From contig CM022665.1 in the NCBI GenBank assembly GCA_012295275.1, positions 48,608,001 to 48,672,000 on the forward strand: a stretch of DNA of 64,000 nucleotides, read 5' to 3'. The notes under the pieces were generated by a model. It searched no databases. It saw only the letters and a list, made by a program, of their open reading frames with translations, and was not told the DNA's origin. This DNA is from Chrysomallon squamiferum. Lineage: Eukaryota > Animalia > Mollusca. Every line of letters starts with the position of its first letter. Position 1 is the first letter of the stretch. Below, one piece after another: positions 37,254-50,100 of this stretch. The position numbers and the translations under genes are program-made.

Positions 37254-40212
37254 TATATACATCTATATCTGTGCTTGCTTATAGGACTTAGCACATGATG
37301 AAAATTTCCAGAAAGCTGTCTTGAGAACAAGCCATGGTCGCAGACCTCCTCCTGTAAGTAAAACTCTTTTTTTATATTTTTATATTCAAAACATTTTTAT
37401 AAATGGTATAATAATCCTGTTACAAAAACTATTTTATTTTACTAAAATTTATTAATAATATTGTAATTAAAATGCCCATTAATATTCAGGTTTTGAAATG
37501 TAGCTACATATTTATATAAGTATTTACTCTGAAAAATGCAACTTGGATGTAAAAAATATTTGATAATTTATTTAGCTTGTATAACAGTATATGCATATAA
37601 CTTATTGCACACCACATTATTACACTAAAACAAATGCCAAACACTGATTTACACCGATACACCACACAAACACATATGGAGAATATAGAAAACAGACAGT
37701 TCTGTGTATGAATTTATCAACGTATGCCCAGTAATTACACTAAAAGTAAAATACAAAAGAAGTAATTTTTCAAAAACTGTTTTCAGACAGGAAAGATGCC
37801 GCTCGGCACTGCTGCCCGCCTGAGCACGGGACAGAGAGGAAGGGTGGGGCTTCCTTCTTCCATGGGAGTTCGACCAATCACAGGAGCTGTTCAGAATGAT
37901 GGACAGGCTCGCCCGATGACAGCTGTGAGGGCTGCAGGTTTTACTTCATCTGGTAACAGAGGTAGATTTACTTTGTTACTCTAATACAACTTTGACTAGA
38001 CTTAAACTGAAAAAGGTTTTATTACAAGCTGGTAACAGAGGTAAATTTACTTTGTTTAGTCTTAGTCTAATACAGCTTTGACTAGACTTAAAATGAAAAA
38101 AAGTTGTCAACAGAGGTAGATTTTCTTTCTCAAGTCTTACTCTAAAACATCTTTGACTAGACTTAAAATGAAAAAAAGTTTTACTTTAATCTGGTAACAG
38201 AGGTAGATTTTCTTTGTTTAGTTTTAGTCTAATACAACTTTGACTAGACTTAGAATTAAAAAAGTTTTACTTCAAGCTGGTAACAGAGGTAGATTTTCTT
38301 TGTCAAGTCTTACTCTAAAACAACTTTGACTAGACTTAAAATGAAAAAAGTTTTACTTCAAGCTGGTAACAGAGATAGATTTCCTTTGTTAAGTCTTAGT
38401 CTAATACAGCTTTGACTAGACTTAAAATGAAAACAAGTTTTACTTCAAGCTGGTAACAGAGGTAGATTTTCTTTGTTAAGTCTTAGTCTAATACAGCTTT
38501 GACTAGACTTAAAATGAAAACAAGTTTTACTTCAAGCTGGTAACAGGTAGATTTCCTTTGTTAAGTCTTACTCTAAAACAACTTTGACTAGACTTAAAAT
38601 GAAAACAAGTTTTACTTCAAGAAAAGGTTTTTCTTTGTTAAGTCTTAGTCTAATACAGCTTTGACTAGACTTAAAATGAAAACAAGTTTTACTTCAAGCT
38701 GGTAACAGGTAGATTTCCTTTCTTAAGTCTTACTCTAAAACATTTTTTTTGTTGGTGGGTGCAGTAAATTTTAGCTCAGACTGTTTTACTATCTCACTTT
38801 TAAAACTATATATCTGATTATTCTATTCCAGGACCGGGCTTTGATCCAATGAACCAGTCGGGGAAAGGTCCTGCACCTCCACTAGAACCAAAACCAGAAG
38901 ACAGGTTTTTGTTTTTCTTTATTATTTCTCTCTGTAAAAATGTAGTAAAAGTTGATTCCCTTTCGTTGATTTTTTTTCTTCCAGTTTATACTGATAATTT
39001 GAACAACATTTGTTAGGTAAACTGTGGTCTTTGCATCAGGGCTCAGAAAAAGCCTAGAAATTATTTAACAACAACAAAATAGTAAAATAAAATTTAATTA
39101 AAAAAAAAAGAAAAAAAAAAAAGAGTGTAAATATTTTTACTGTTTCAGTCCTGAGGAGAAGATTCGACAGCTGGAGAAGAAGGTCAATGAACTCATAGAA
39201 GAAAGTTGTTTTGCAAACAGCCGCGGTGAGCTTGGACTGGTCAGTACACATAGCGCTTTGTTTTTAAATTGTTAGATATTTCAGTTTCTGTTAGCTATTT
39301 TTGTTTTTAAATTATCATTGTAAGATATTTCATTTTCCTTAAGCTTTTTTAAAGCTATTTATTGTTAATCACAGTTTCCTCTCTGATATATTTTGCTTGG
39401 TGATTTACAAATATTTACACTAATTTGCTGCTGTTGTTGTTGTTGTAGGCATTAGAGAAAGCTAAGGAGGCTGGCAGGAAGGAACGGGTGCTGGTGAGAC
39501 AAAGAGAACAGCTGTCAATGGGTGACCAGATCAACCTTGACCTTACATACTCAGTAAGTATTTATTAGTGACTACTTATCTTACATACTCAGTATTTATA
39601 AGTGAATACTTATCTTACATACTCAGTATTTAGTAGTGACTATGTATCTTACACATCCAGTAAGTATTTATTACTGACTACTTATGTATTCAGTAAGTAT
39701 TTATTAGTGACTACTTACACATCTAGTAAGTATTTATTAGTGACTACTTACGTATTCAGTAAGTATTTATTAGTGAATACTTATCTTACATACTCAGTAA
39801 GTATTTATTAGTGACTACTTACCTTATGTATTGATTAAAAAAAAATTGACGTGCTGATCAGGGCAGTTGGTTGTGAAGCACACCAGAGACAGTCAGTCTC
39901 TGTGACTGTATAATGCAGCGAGTGTTTAAATATCACTTGTATTTCACAGGTGCTGTTTAACCTGGCCAATCAGTATGCAGCTAATGAAATGTTTCAGGAG
40001 GCACTGAACACTTATCAAGTTATTGTGAAAAACAGAATGTTCAACAATGCAGGTTGATTTGTAGATTTTTTTACACTTTGTAGATAGCTGTTAAAAAGTA
40101 TTTTATATTCATTTTTTTAAATTTTAATTTTCTTTATTAAGCTTTTTATTAAAAAAAATTATTCTTATTTTTAATGTTTTTGATTACATTTAATTATTAT
40201 TTTTTTTATTTT

Positions 40213-40259
<47 letters not shown>

Positions 40260-43200
40260 TTTTTTATTATATTTATTTATTTATTTATTTTTTATTATAT
40301 TTTTTTATTTATTTATTTTTTATTATATTTTTTTATTTATTTATTTACTTATGTATATCTTGTCCCTTTCAGCTTGTTATTTATTCATGTAAAACAATAA
40401 CTAAGAAGATTTTCTTTGATTTCAGGACGACTCAAAGTTAACATGGGAAATATTTATTTCCGACAGAAGAATTTCCCCAAGGCTATCAAATACTACAGAA
40501 TGGCACTGGACCAGGTTCCCAACACACACAAAGAAATGAGGTTATTTTACAGAAATAATTATAGTTAGAGGTTATTTTACAGAAATAATTATAGTTAGAG
40601 GTTATTTTACAGAAATAATTATTGTATAGAGGTTATTTTACAGAAATAATTATAGTTAGAGATTATTTTACAGAAATAATTATAGTTAGAGGTTATTTTA
40701 CAGAAATAATTATAGTTATCTGTTCTAAATAGGAGAATAAGTGTTTATCTTTGTGTTAAATTGAATTTTAATATCTAAAACACATTTTTTTTAAAATTAC
40801 ATATACATACATATATATATATATAAACTTCAGATTTACATCAATCTTCACAAAATTCATTTTTGTAACATTTTGAAAGCAAGAACCAAAAATGTTTGTT
40901 AAATTTATATTTTTTTAAGTTGTTGCTTATCATTATCACTATCATTATTATTTTTTGTATCATCATCATCATCACTATTATTGTTGTTATCATTATCCCT
41001 GTCATTATTATTTATTATTATTATTATAATTATTATTATTTCTAGAACTAAGATAATGCAGAATATTGGTATAGTGTTTGTAAAGATGGGCCAGTACAAC
41101 GACGCGATCACGTCGTTTGAACACATCATGTCTGAGTCTCCGTCGTTCAAGACTGGGTTCAACCTCATCCTGTGTTACTTCGCGCTGGGAGACAGGGACA
41201 AGATGAGACGAGCCTTCCAGAAACTGCTCACTGTCGACCTGAAGATAGACGATGAAGACAAGTATCTGCCACATGGGGTACGAGCGTTATCTCACAGCTT
41301 CGTGTGTTATATGTTAATATGACATAAATTGATGTAGTATTTTATTAATATTCTGAGCTGTTGTAAATGTTGTTTTAATGTCAGTTTATTGTCAACAGGT
41401 CTGTTAGTTTCTTTCCTCTGTTTTGCCTGTCCAGTGTTTATCATTAAAGCACGTATGAAATATCCCTAACACAAATTATATTCATTTTTTTTTTGTCAGT
41501 GTTACAGAATTATTGTTCTGTTCATATTATTAAATAGAGGTTGACATACAATAGCTACTGTTAGAATAATAAAAACAATTTTTTTTTTAATGAAATATAT
41601 GTATATATATATATCTAATTTTAACTTATTAACTTGATAAGGATAATAGATATTATATTTTTTTTATATTTTCCAAAATTCATTGATGTTTTAAACTCAT
41701 AAAGAGTTTTATTAACCGATCAGTATTTTCAAATCTTTTTAAAAAAAATTATTTGTTTATCTTATTATTATTATTATTTTTTTTTTTTTTTTTGTTGTTG
41801 TTGAACAGAGGATACTATGGCTGAAAATATTGCCAGGTTTATGTTTTTAATTAAGAAAAAAATTTTGTTTGTTGCAGGAAGACAAACAGTACAACCTTGT
41901 ACTGGAAATAATAAAAAATGATGCATTGAGAATCATAGAGAGAGAAAAGTGAGTCGAATATTTTATTACTATTATTGTATTTATTTATTTTTTTTTTATT
42001 TCATTATTTTTTATTCTTTAATTTTACTTTTTATTTATTTATTTATTTTTTGTCTTCAGAAATGTTTCTCAATTATTGTTAGAAATATGTGTAAAATATT
42101 TTTTTGTGATTTTGTTTTTCAGAAAATATGAGGCTGAACACTGTATAAAGACTGCAGCAAAGATTATCTCCCCTGCGATTGAATCCACCTTCTCCCAGGG
42201 CTACGACTGGTTTGTTAAAATTGTTTATTTACTTCTCTGTAGTCTGTATTTTTAAATCAATATTAACTATGTATTATTTCAAAACAGTAAAATCAGTTGA
42301 TAGCTGTTCTGGTATTGTACATTAAAAAAATCAGGTAAAAAATAGTATTTATGTTTTACAGGTGTATCGACCAGGTAAAGAACTCGCAGTACCTGGATCT
42401 GTCACATGACCTGGAGATTGACAAAGCCATCATGTTTCTCAAACAGAAAGATTTCCACCAGGTAAAATAAAAAAAATTAAATGTTGATGAAACATTTAAA
42501 TCTGCTTGTAGCACTTTCGTTTTTATTTATTTTGTATATACGTCAAGTCTGTGTCTGTATATGTTTATATGTGTGCATTAATGTATATATTTATTTATGT
42601 ATGTATGGATCTATCTATATATATGTATGTCTGACTGTATGTCTGTATGTATGTAGGTATGTATATTTATATGTATGCATGTATATATGAATGAATGAAT
42701 GAATGAATGTGTGTGTATGTATAATATGTGTATCCATGTATGCATGTATGAATGTATGTACGTAGGTGTGTATGTGTGTACATCTGTCTGTCTTATTCTT
42801 TATTGCTGGATTCTGAGACTTGACTTTTCATTTAACATCTCATCCTGTTTGTATTTGATATTCATCTGGAGCTAAATCAACTTCTAAAGCCCATTTTTAT
42901 ATTTTTACTTTGTTTTAGGCTATAGAAACGTTGAAGTCGTTTGAGAAAAAGGATTCCAAAGTTGCCAGTACTGCAGCAACAAACTTGTCATTTTTATACT
43001 TCCTGGTAAGCAGCCATCAACACACTCCTTTAATCTGTTAATTAAATTAGAAAATGTAAAGTTACCTTGTAGCAGGTGAATAAATGATAATATTAAAAAG
43101 TAAACTGTTTTTACTGGACATGGCTGCCTTGTAGAACAGCAATTCACAGACATTAAAAAATGAATATACACATTGTTGCAAGACATAGCATTATAGCATG

Positions 43201-44569
43201 CCCTTTGTTGTGTGCTGTCAGTGTAATTAAAATGCATGTGACAGGAGAATGTTGTCTGTGTTTTGCTCACAAACACTGTCATGCATCACCTGTTGTTGTT
43301 GTCACTTGTAAGTGAAATAAAAATATTCTACTGATGATGCGATTACAGAGACCAGTGATATAACATAGTTGTAGGTGAAATAAAAATATTCTACTGATAA
43401 TGTGATTACATAGACCAGTGATATAACATAGTTGTATGTGAAATAAAAATAGTATACTGATAATGTGATTACATGCTTCCTTGTTTGTTAAAGACACTGG
43501 TTATTGTTAAGTTTTTCCTACATTTTTGTATTGGTATTTCTTAAGTAAAAGACTTCTCCATGTTGGAAATAAAAATATATATATATTTATTATATTTTTT
43601 TTTTATTAGATTTTTCATAGAAAAATCCAAACAGCATCAAACAAAACTTTAAAGATAAATTTTATTAATATGACATAATCAGTGAAAACTTAAGTCAAGA
43701 TTTAAGTCATTCAATAGCAAAATTAATTAAAAATACTTTTTTTTTTATTCTTTCTCTGTTGGTAGTAAAATTCAGATTATAAATTTTTACACATGTGAAA
43801 TACGTGCACTAATAAACAATGCACTGATGCGTCAGTATAATTCTGACAGTTTTTCACTGAACGTTTTAAAAACACTGTACTGAAAGAGCGGAATGACTAA
43901 TACGTAAATTTGTTTGTTTTGTTTATTTTTATTGTTTTCAAACACTCGCTGTGACATAAGTTAATTATGTAACTACTTGTTTTGTATTGCATGGCGAGCA
44001 GCAACGTGAGGTATCACCTTTTTAAAACTCTTTTCTGCTTCTCTTAATATAATTGTTTTTATTATATCCATGTTCACAGAGCTGTTTTCATTGCTTATAT
44101 TAGCAGTTTAAAATATTTGGAAGTTTATTCTTGTTACGGTTTTTATTTTAATTTTTAATTTTTTTTTTTTTTAAATTTAAATTTTTTTATTACTTTTTGC
44201 ATTTTCTGTTTTTCTTTCTTTCTTTTTCTTTTTTTTTTTTTTTTTTTTTGTTAATTTTTAAAAAATTATTTTATGTATGTATATATATATTTTTTTAAAT
44301 GTTTCCTCAGCTAAAGTTTAACCTGAGCTTCATTAACTGCTGTATTCACATAACCTGACACTTCATCCTTTGTTCACCTTGTAAACATCTGAATTTAACA
44401 TTAAGCACTAGTTACTGTGTAAAATATAATTCACTATAAAAATCCATTTTTTGCTTCTTTCTGTCATCAAGTAAAAAGTTGAAATGTTTGAGAAGCAAAG
44501 TTTGCAGCTCTACATAAATTTGTCAGCTGCTGTATATGTTTGTGTTGTAGATTCTTAACCTGAAAAAAA

Positions 44570-44621
<52 letters not shown>

Positions 44622-45257
44622 CATACATATATATATGCTAACACATAATGATGTGTGTGTTATGTATTTATATATGTATATTTGTGTGTGTATACATACA
44701 TATATATATATATATACATATACACACACACACACACACAGACATACATATATACATTCACACATACAAACACACACAAATATACACATACATACATATA
44801 TACATAGTAACATAGTAACATACATACATACATACATATATAATACATATATATATATAATCCTTACCTACAGACATACATAAACTTCAGTCTGTATTTT
44901 AATTAATATATTTATTAATTCGTATAGATTATTTAATAATCTGTGATTTCTCAGCTTAAAGCACTGACTGTTAACATGGCTGTGCATGTTGGTTTTCTGC
45001 ATGTTCACCTTTCTGTTGTTTTTCACGTTAGTTTAACTAAATATTGAAATTTCTCTTTTTTTTTTTTTTTTTTTCTTCTTCTTTTTTTTTTTTTGAGAAA
45101 AAAGTCAGATAACCAAAAGACGATAAGTTAATTGAATGGAGTATTTGTAGATGAACAGTGAGAAATGATTAATGTATAAACTGGGAATGTGCCATTACTC
45201 TGTGTGTATGTGTGTGTGTCTCTCTCTCTCTGTGTGATTATCTATATCTCTAGTCCT

Positions 45258-45315
<58 letters not shown>

Positions 45316-47104
45316 GTTGTTAAAAATGTTTAAGCTTGTAATCTGCTTATTTAAATAACTGATGTGGTAAAACATCTACATATAAGGCTGTGCATTAACA
45401 TGAAATGAACATTACCATAGTCTGTGAAATTAGATGCACTGTTTTTAAACTGTAGAATACAATAGTGATGTGTGCACATTTTTTAGTAATAATTTCAGTT
45501 ACTTTAGTTAATAATTAGGGAAAGGGTTGTAGAAAATTGCTTTAAAATGAAGCATTTTTTTTTTTTCAGTTATTTATATTGGTATTGTAATAATGTGGGA
45601 TATGTTACATACAGGCATATGACTTCTATTTTTATATGTTAATCTGTTTTTAATCTGTAAGTGAGTCATAACTTTTCATATAAGTGATTAAATTATTAAA
45701 ACGTTTGAATACTGGAAAACTGGAATAGTGTGAGTTAAGTTATGTAATTAAATCATAACTTTATGTTTTAGTAAGTATATTGATACATCTACATCTTTGT
45801 TTATGTTAATCTGTTTTTTAAGCAAATCTTCACTTTATGTTTTAGTAAGTAAATTAGTGATATGTTTAAATATCGTTACTGGAATATTGTCAGTTAAATT
45901 ATATACAGGTACATGACTTTTGCTTCTGTATGTTAGTCTGTTTCTTTTAAAGCAAATCATAACTCTATGTATTAGTAAGTAAATTATGCATCCATTTAAA
46001 TACTGGTGTACTGGAATATTATGAGTTAAGTTATGTAAGTAAACCATATCTTCGTGTGTTAGTAAGTAAATGGAAATATTATGAATTTATGAATTAAGCT
46101 ATTCAAGTAAATCATATCTTCGTGTGTTAGTAAGTAAATTATGCATACATTTAAATACTGGTATACTGGAATATTATGAATTAAGTTATGTAAGTAAACC
46201 ATATCTTCGAGTGTTAGTAAGTAAATTATGCATAATTTAAATACTGGTGTACTGGAATATGAATTAAGCTATTCAAGTAAATCATATCTTTGTGGTGTTA
46301 GTATACATTTAAATATTGGTATACTGGGATGTTATGAATTAAGTTGTACAAGTGATTTGTATGTTTGTGTACTAGTAGATTACTGACACTTTTAAAATGT
46401 TTTCCCAGGAGACAGACATGTCGCAGGCAGACAAGTATGCAGAGATTGCTATGTCAGCAGATCGTTACAACCCAGCAGGTAAAGTCGTTTGATGTCTCGT
46501 TTTTGTGTTTACCTGTGTCACAATGTGTTTTCAGTCTTTAACATAGAAAGTCAGTGTACGAAATAACACATTGTCAAATCTCATCTTCAGAATACTGTTA
46601 GTTGTTATGTGTGTGATGTCATACTTGTAAGTAAAATAAGTAAATAAGTAAGTAGACAGACAGATTGATAGAATGGATTGAATGTATATACAAGATTGAA
46701 ATAAATAAATGAAAAATGATTAGAATGTATAAATGAATAAATAATATAAAATAAATTAAATTAAATTAAATTAAATTAAATTAATGAATAAATAAAAAAA
46801 AAATAAAAAAGTGAATCAGTAAATAAATAAAATAAAAAAATGAAATGAAAGGAGTATTTATTCAGCTGAAAGTGTGAGCTGTTCTGAACGTGGTCTGTTT
46901 TCAGCGCTGGTGAACAAGGGAAATGTGCTGTTTGCTAGGAATGACTTTGAGAAAGCTCGCGAGTTCTACAAGGAGGCTCTGTCCAATGACTCTTCCTGTG
47001 TGGAGGCTCTCTACAACCTCGGTCTGTACTTCTCAGTGTCTGTCTGTACCTCTTAGTGTCTGTACTTCTCAATGTCTGTCTGTAATTTCCTCAAGTCTGT
47101 CTTA

Positions 47105-47135
<31 letters not shown>

Positions 47136-50100
47136 TTGTTCAGAGTTAGTTCTGCAGTGTTTAATTGCTGATTTAAATTTTAAAATTTTAAAATTATTTT
47201 CATTTCAAAAACAACAAATACATTGTGTAAGAACTATTTTGTTGTGATGTATGGTTTTTGTAGGTGACAGTGAAATTAATACACATGAATCTACCACTGC
47301 TGAGAGCAGTAAGTTGAGAACTGAAACAGTTAGTTTAGTTTTTGTGTTATTTAGGATTGCAGGATAAAAGAAATACAAATGGTTACTGTCTAGAAATACC
47401 AGTTTTATCCAGCGAAGGTTAGAATGCTGAACTGCAGTGAGTCTCTGACGTTTATGTGTTTGTTTACAGGTTTGTGTAACAAGCGACTGACACGTCTTGA
47501 AGATGCTCTCGACTGTTTCTACAAACTTCATGCCATCCTGCGAAACAGCCCTGAAGTGATGTACCAGATAGCTGATATGTATCCTTCTGTTACCACTACT
47601 TTCACTTAATATCATTTTATTGGTTGTCTTTACTTTATTTTTATTTTTTGTTCTTGTTGTTGGTGCTGGGTTTTTTTTCTTCATGAATGGCATGATATAA
47701 AAAGAGAGCTTATTTGGAAGCTTTTTTTTTTTTGTTTTTCAAAAGCAGTTTGATATGAACAGATGTTTTTGAAAATTATTAATTTCTTCGTGTTTTTTTC
47801 TTTATGAATGATGTGATACAAAAATAGAGTATTTAAATTTTTTTTTTTTTTTGAATGAATGACATCAAAAAGGACTTTATTTGGAAAGCCTTTTTGTTTA
47901 TTATTATTTTTATTTTTTTTTTTGTAAACTACATATTTTTGAAATAAGAATTTATTGGGAAACTATTAATTTGTTTGTTTTAATTATTAATTGTACAGGA
48001 TGGCGATGTTTATTAATTCTGCTGGATTATTAATTATATTGGACAGTAATGTTTTTGTTGTTCTTAACTGTAATCAGCTATGACCAGCTGGATGACTCCA
48101 GCCAGGCTACAGAATGGTGAGTTTGTTTTTACATCTCAACTGTTAATGTGGATTAAATTGTATGTCACTTATGTCTTTGTTTTAATTAGACACTGTTTAG
48201 CATGGCATTGTATATTTTGGTGTGTGCTGTTGATAGTTATATCTCAGTGTGTTAGTATGTATGTATCTGTGTCTGTGTGTTTATTAGGTGTGTGTCTGTC
48301 TATGTGTGTGTCTGTCTATGTGTGTGTCTGTGTGTGTGTGTGTCTGTCTATGTGTGTGTCTGTGTGTGTGCGTGTGCATATTTAAACTGGTGATTAACAC
48401 AGCACTATTTATTCAGGTTTATGCAGCTGATAGGCGTGGTGTCCTCTGACTCAAGTATCCTAGCCAGGATGGGAGAGCTGTACGACAACGAGGGGGATAA
48501 ATCTCAGGCTTTCCAGTACTACTACGACGTCAGTGTCCTTATTTTATACTAGTTTTTATTTTTATATCATAGTACTGTGACGTCAGTGTCCTTATTTTAT
48601 ACTAGTTTTTATTTTTATATCATAGTACTGTGACGTCAGTGTCCTTATTTTATACTAGTTTTTATTTTTATATCATAGTACTGTGACGTCAGTGTCCTTA
48701 TTTTATACTAGTTTTTATTTTTATATCATAGTACTGTGACGTCAGTGTCCTTATTTTATACTAGTTTTTATTTTTATATCATAGTACTGTGACGTCAGTG
48801 TCCTTATTTTATACTAGTTTTTATTTTTATATCATAGTACTGCGACGTCAGTGTCCTTATTTTATACTAGTTTTTATTTTTATATCATAGTACTACGACG
48901 TCAGTGTCCTTATTCTATACTAGTTTTTATTTTTATATCATAGTACTGTGACGTCAGTGTCCTTATTTTATTCTAGTTTTTATTTTTATATCATAGTACT
49001 ACGACGTCAGTGTCCTTATTTTATACTAGTTTTTATTTTTATATCACAGTACTACGACGTCAGTGTCCTTATTCTATACTAGTTTTTATTTTTATATCAC
49101 AGTACTACGACGTCAGTGTCCTTATTCTATACTAGTTTTTATTTTTATAACATAGTACTGCGATGTCAGTGTACTTATTCTATACTAGTTTTTATTTTTA
49201 CGGTATACTACTTTTCAAGATGACTGAAGCATAACTGTAATATTTAGTTACTCAGGATATCTTATATTGATATCATCTGATATCTGAGTGTCTAATACTA
49301 ATAACATCCAAGATATCTTATATTGATAATGTCTGTTATCGTGATTTCTTATTTATTGATATATGTTATCATGATATCTGATACTGAGAATATCTAATAT
49401 CTTAGATACAGAGTTTTAAAATCATCTGTATTAATCTGGATATTTGTTTAGATTTCTCATGGTGTTAGAATATTGGTCAAAGCAACCTGTGAAATTGTTT
49501 AATTCTCAATCATATAATATAGCATCTTAATTGATAATAGTATGTACTTGTGAAGTTGTAGAAAATTTAGTCCTTTATTTTTTTTTTTTTATTATTTTCT
49601 TTTTGTCCAATACTATATTTTATTATTGTTGTATTGATACTGTATTTTATATTTACAGTCGTACCGATACTATCCGTCCAACATTCCAGTCATTGAGTGG
49701 CTTGGTGCCTACTACATTGACTCACAGTTCTGTGAGAAAGCTATTCACTACTTTGAAAGAGCATCCATAGTACAGTGAGAATTTTATTTTACTTCATTGT
49801 AATTTTACACAGTTCTGTGAGAAAGCTATTCACTACTTTGAAAGAGCATCCATAGTACAGTGAGTTTTTTATTTTACTTCATTGTACTATTACACAGTTC
49901 TGTGAGAAAGCTATTCACTACTTTGAAAGAGCATCCATTGTACAGTGAGTTTTTTTTATTTTACTTCATTGTACTATTACACAGTTCTGTGAGAAAGCTA
50001 TTCACTACTTTGAAAGAGCATCCATAGTACAGTGAGAATTTTATTTTACTTCATTGTAATTTTACACAGTTCTGTGAGAAAGCTATTCACTACTTTGAAA

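Noticed and set aside
45095-45130. Second IFT88 microexon after the long pyrimidine tract
   Set aside because: Candidate donors are weak (gtcaga, gttaat) and one reading contains a stop; not supportable.
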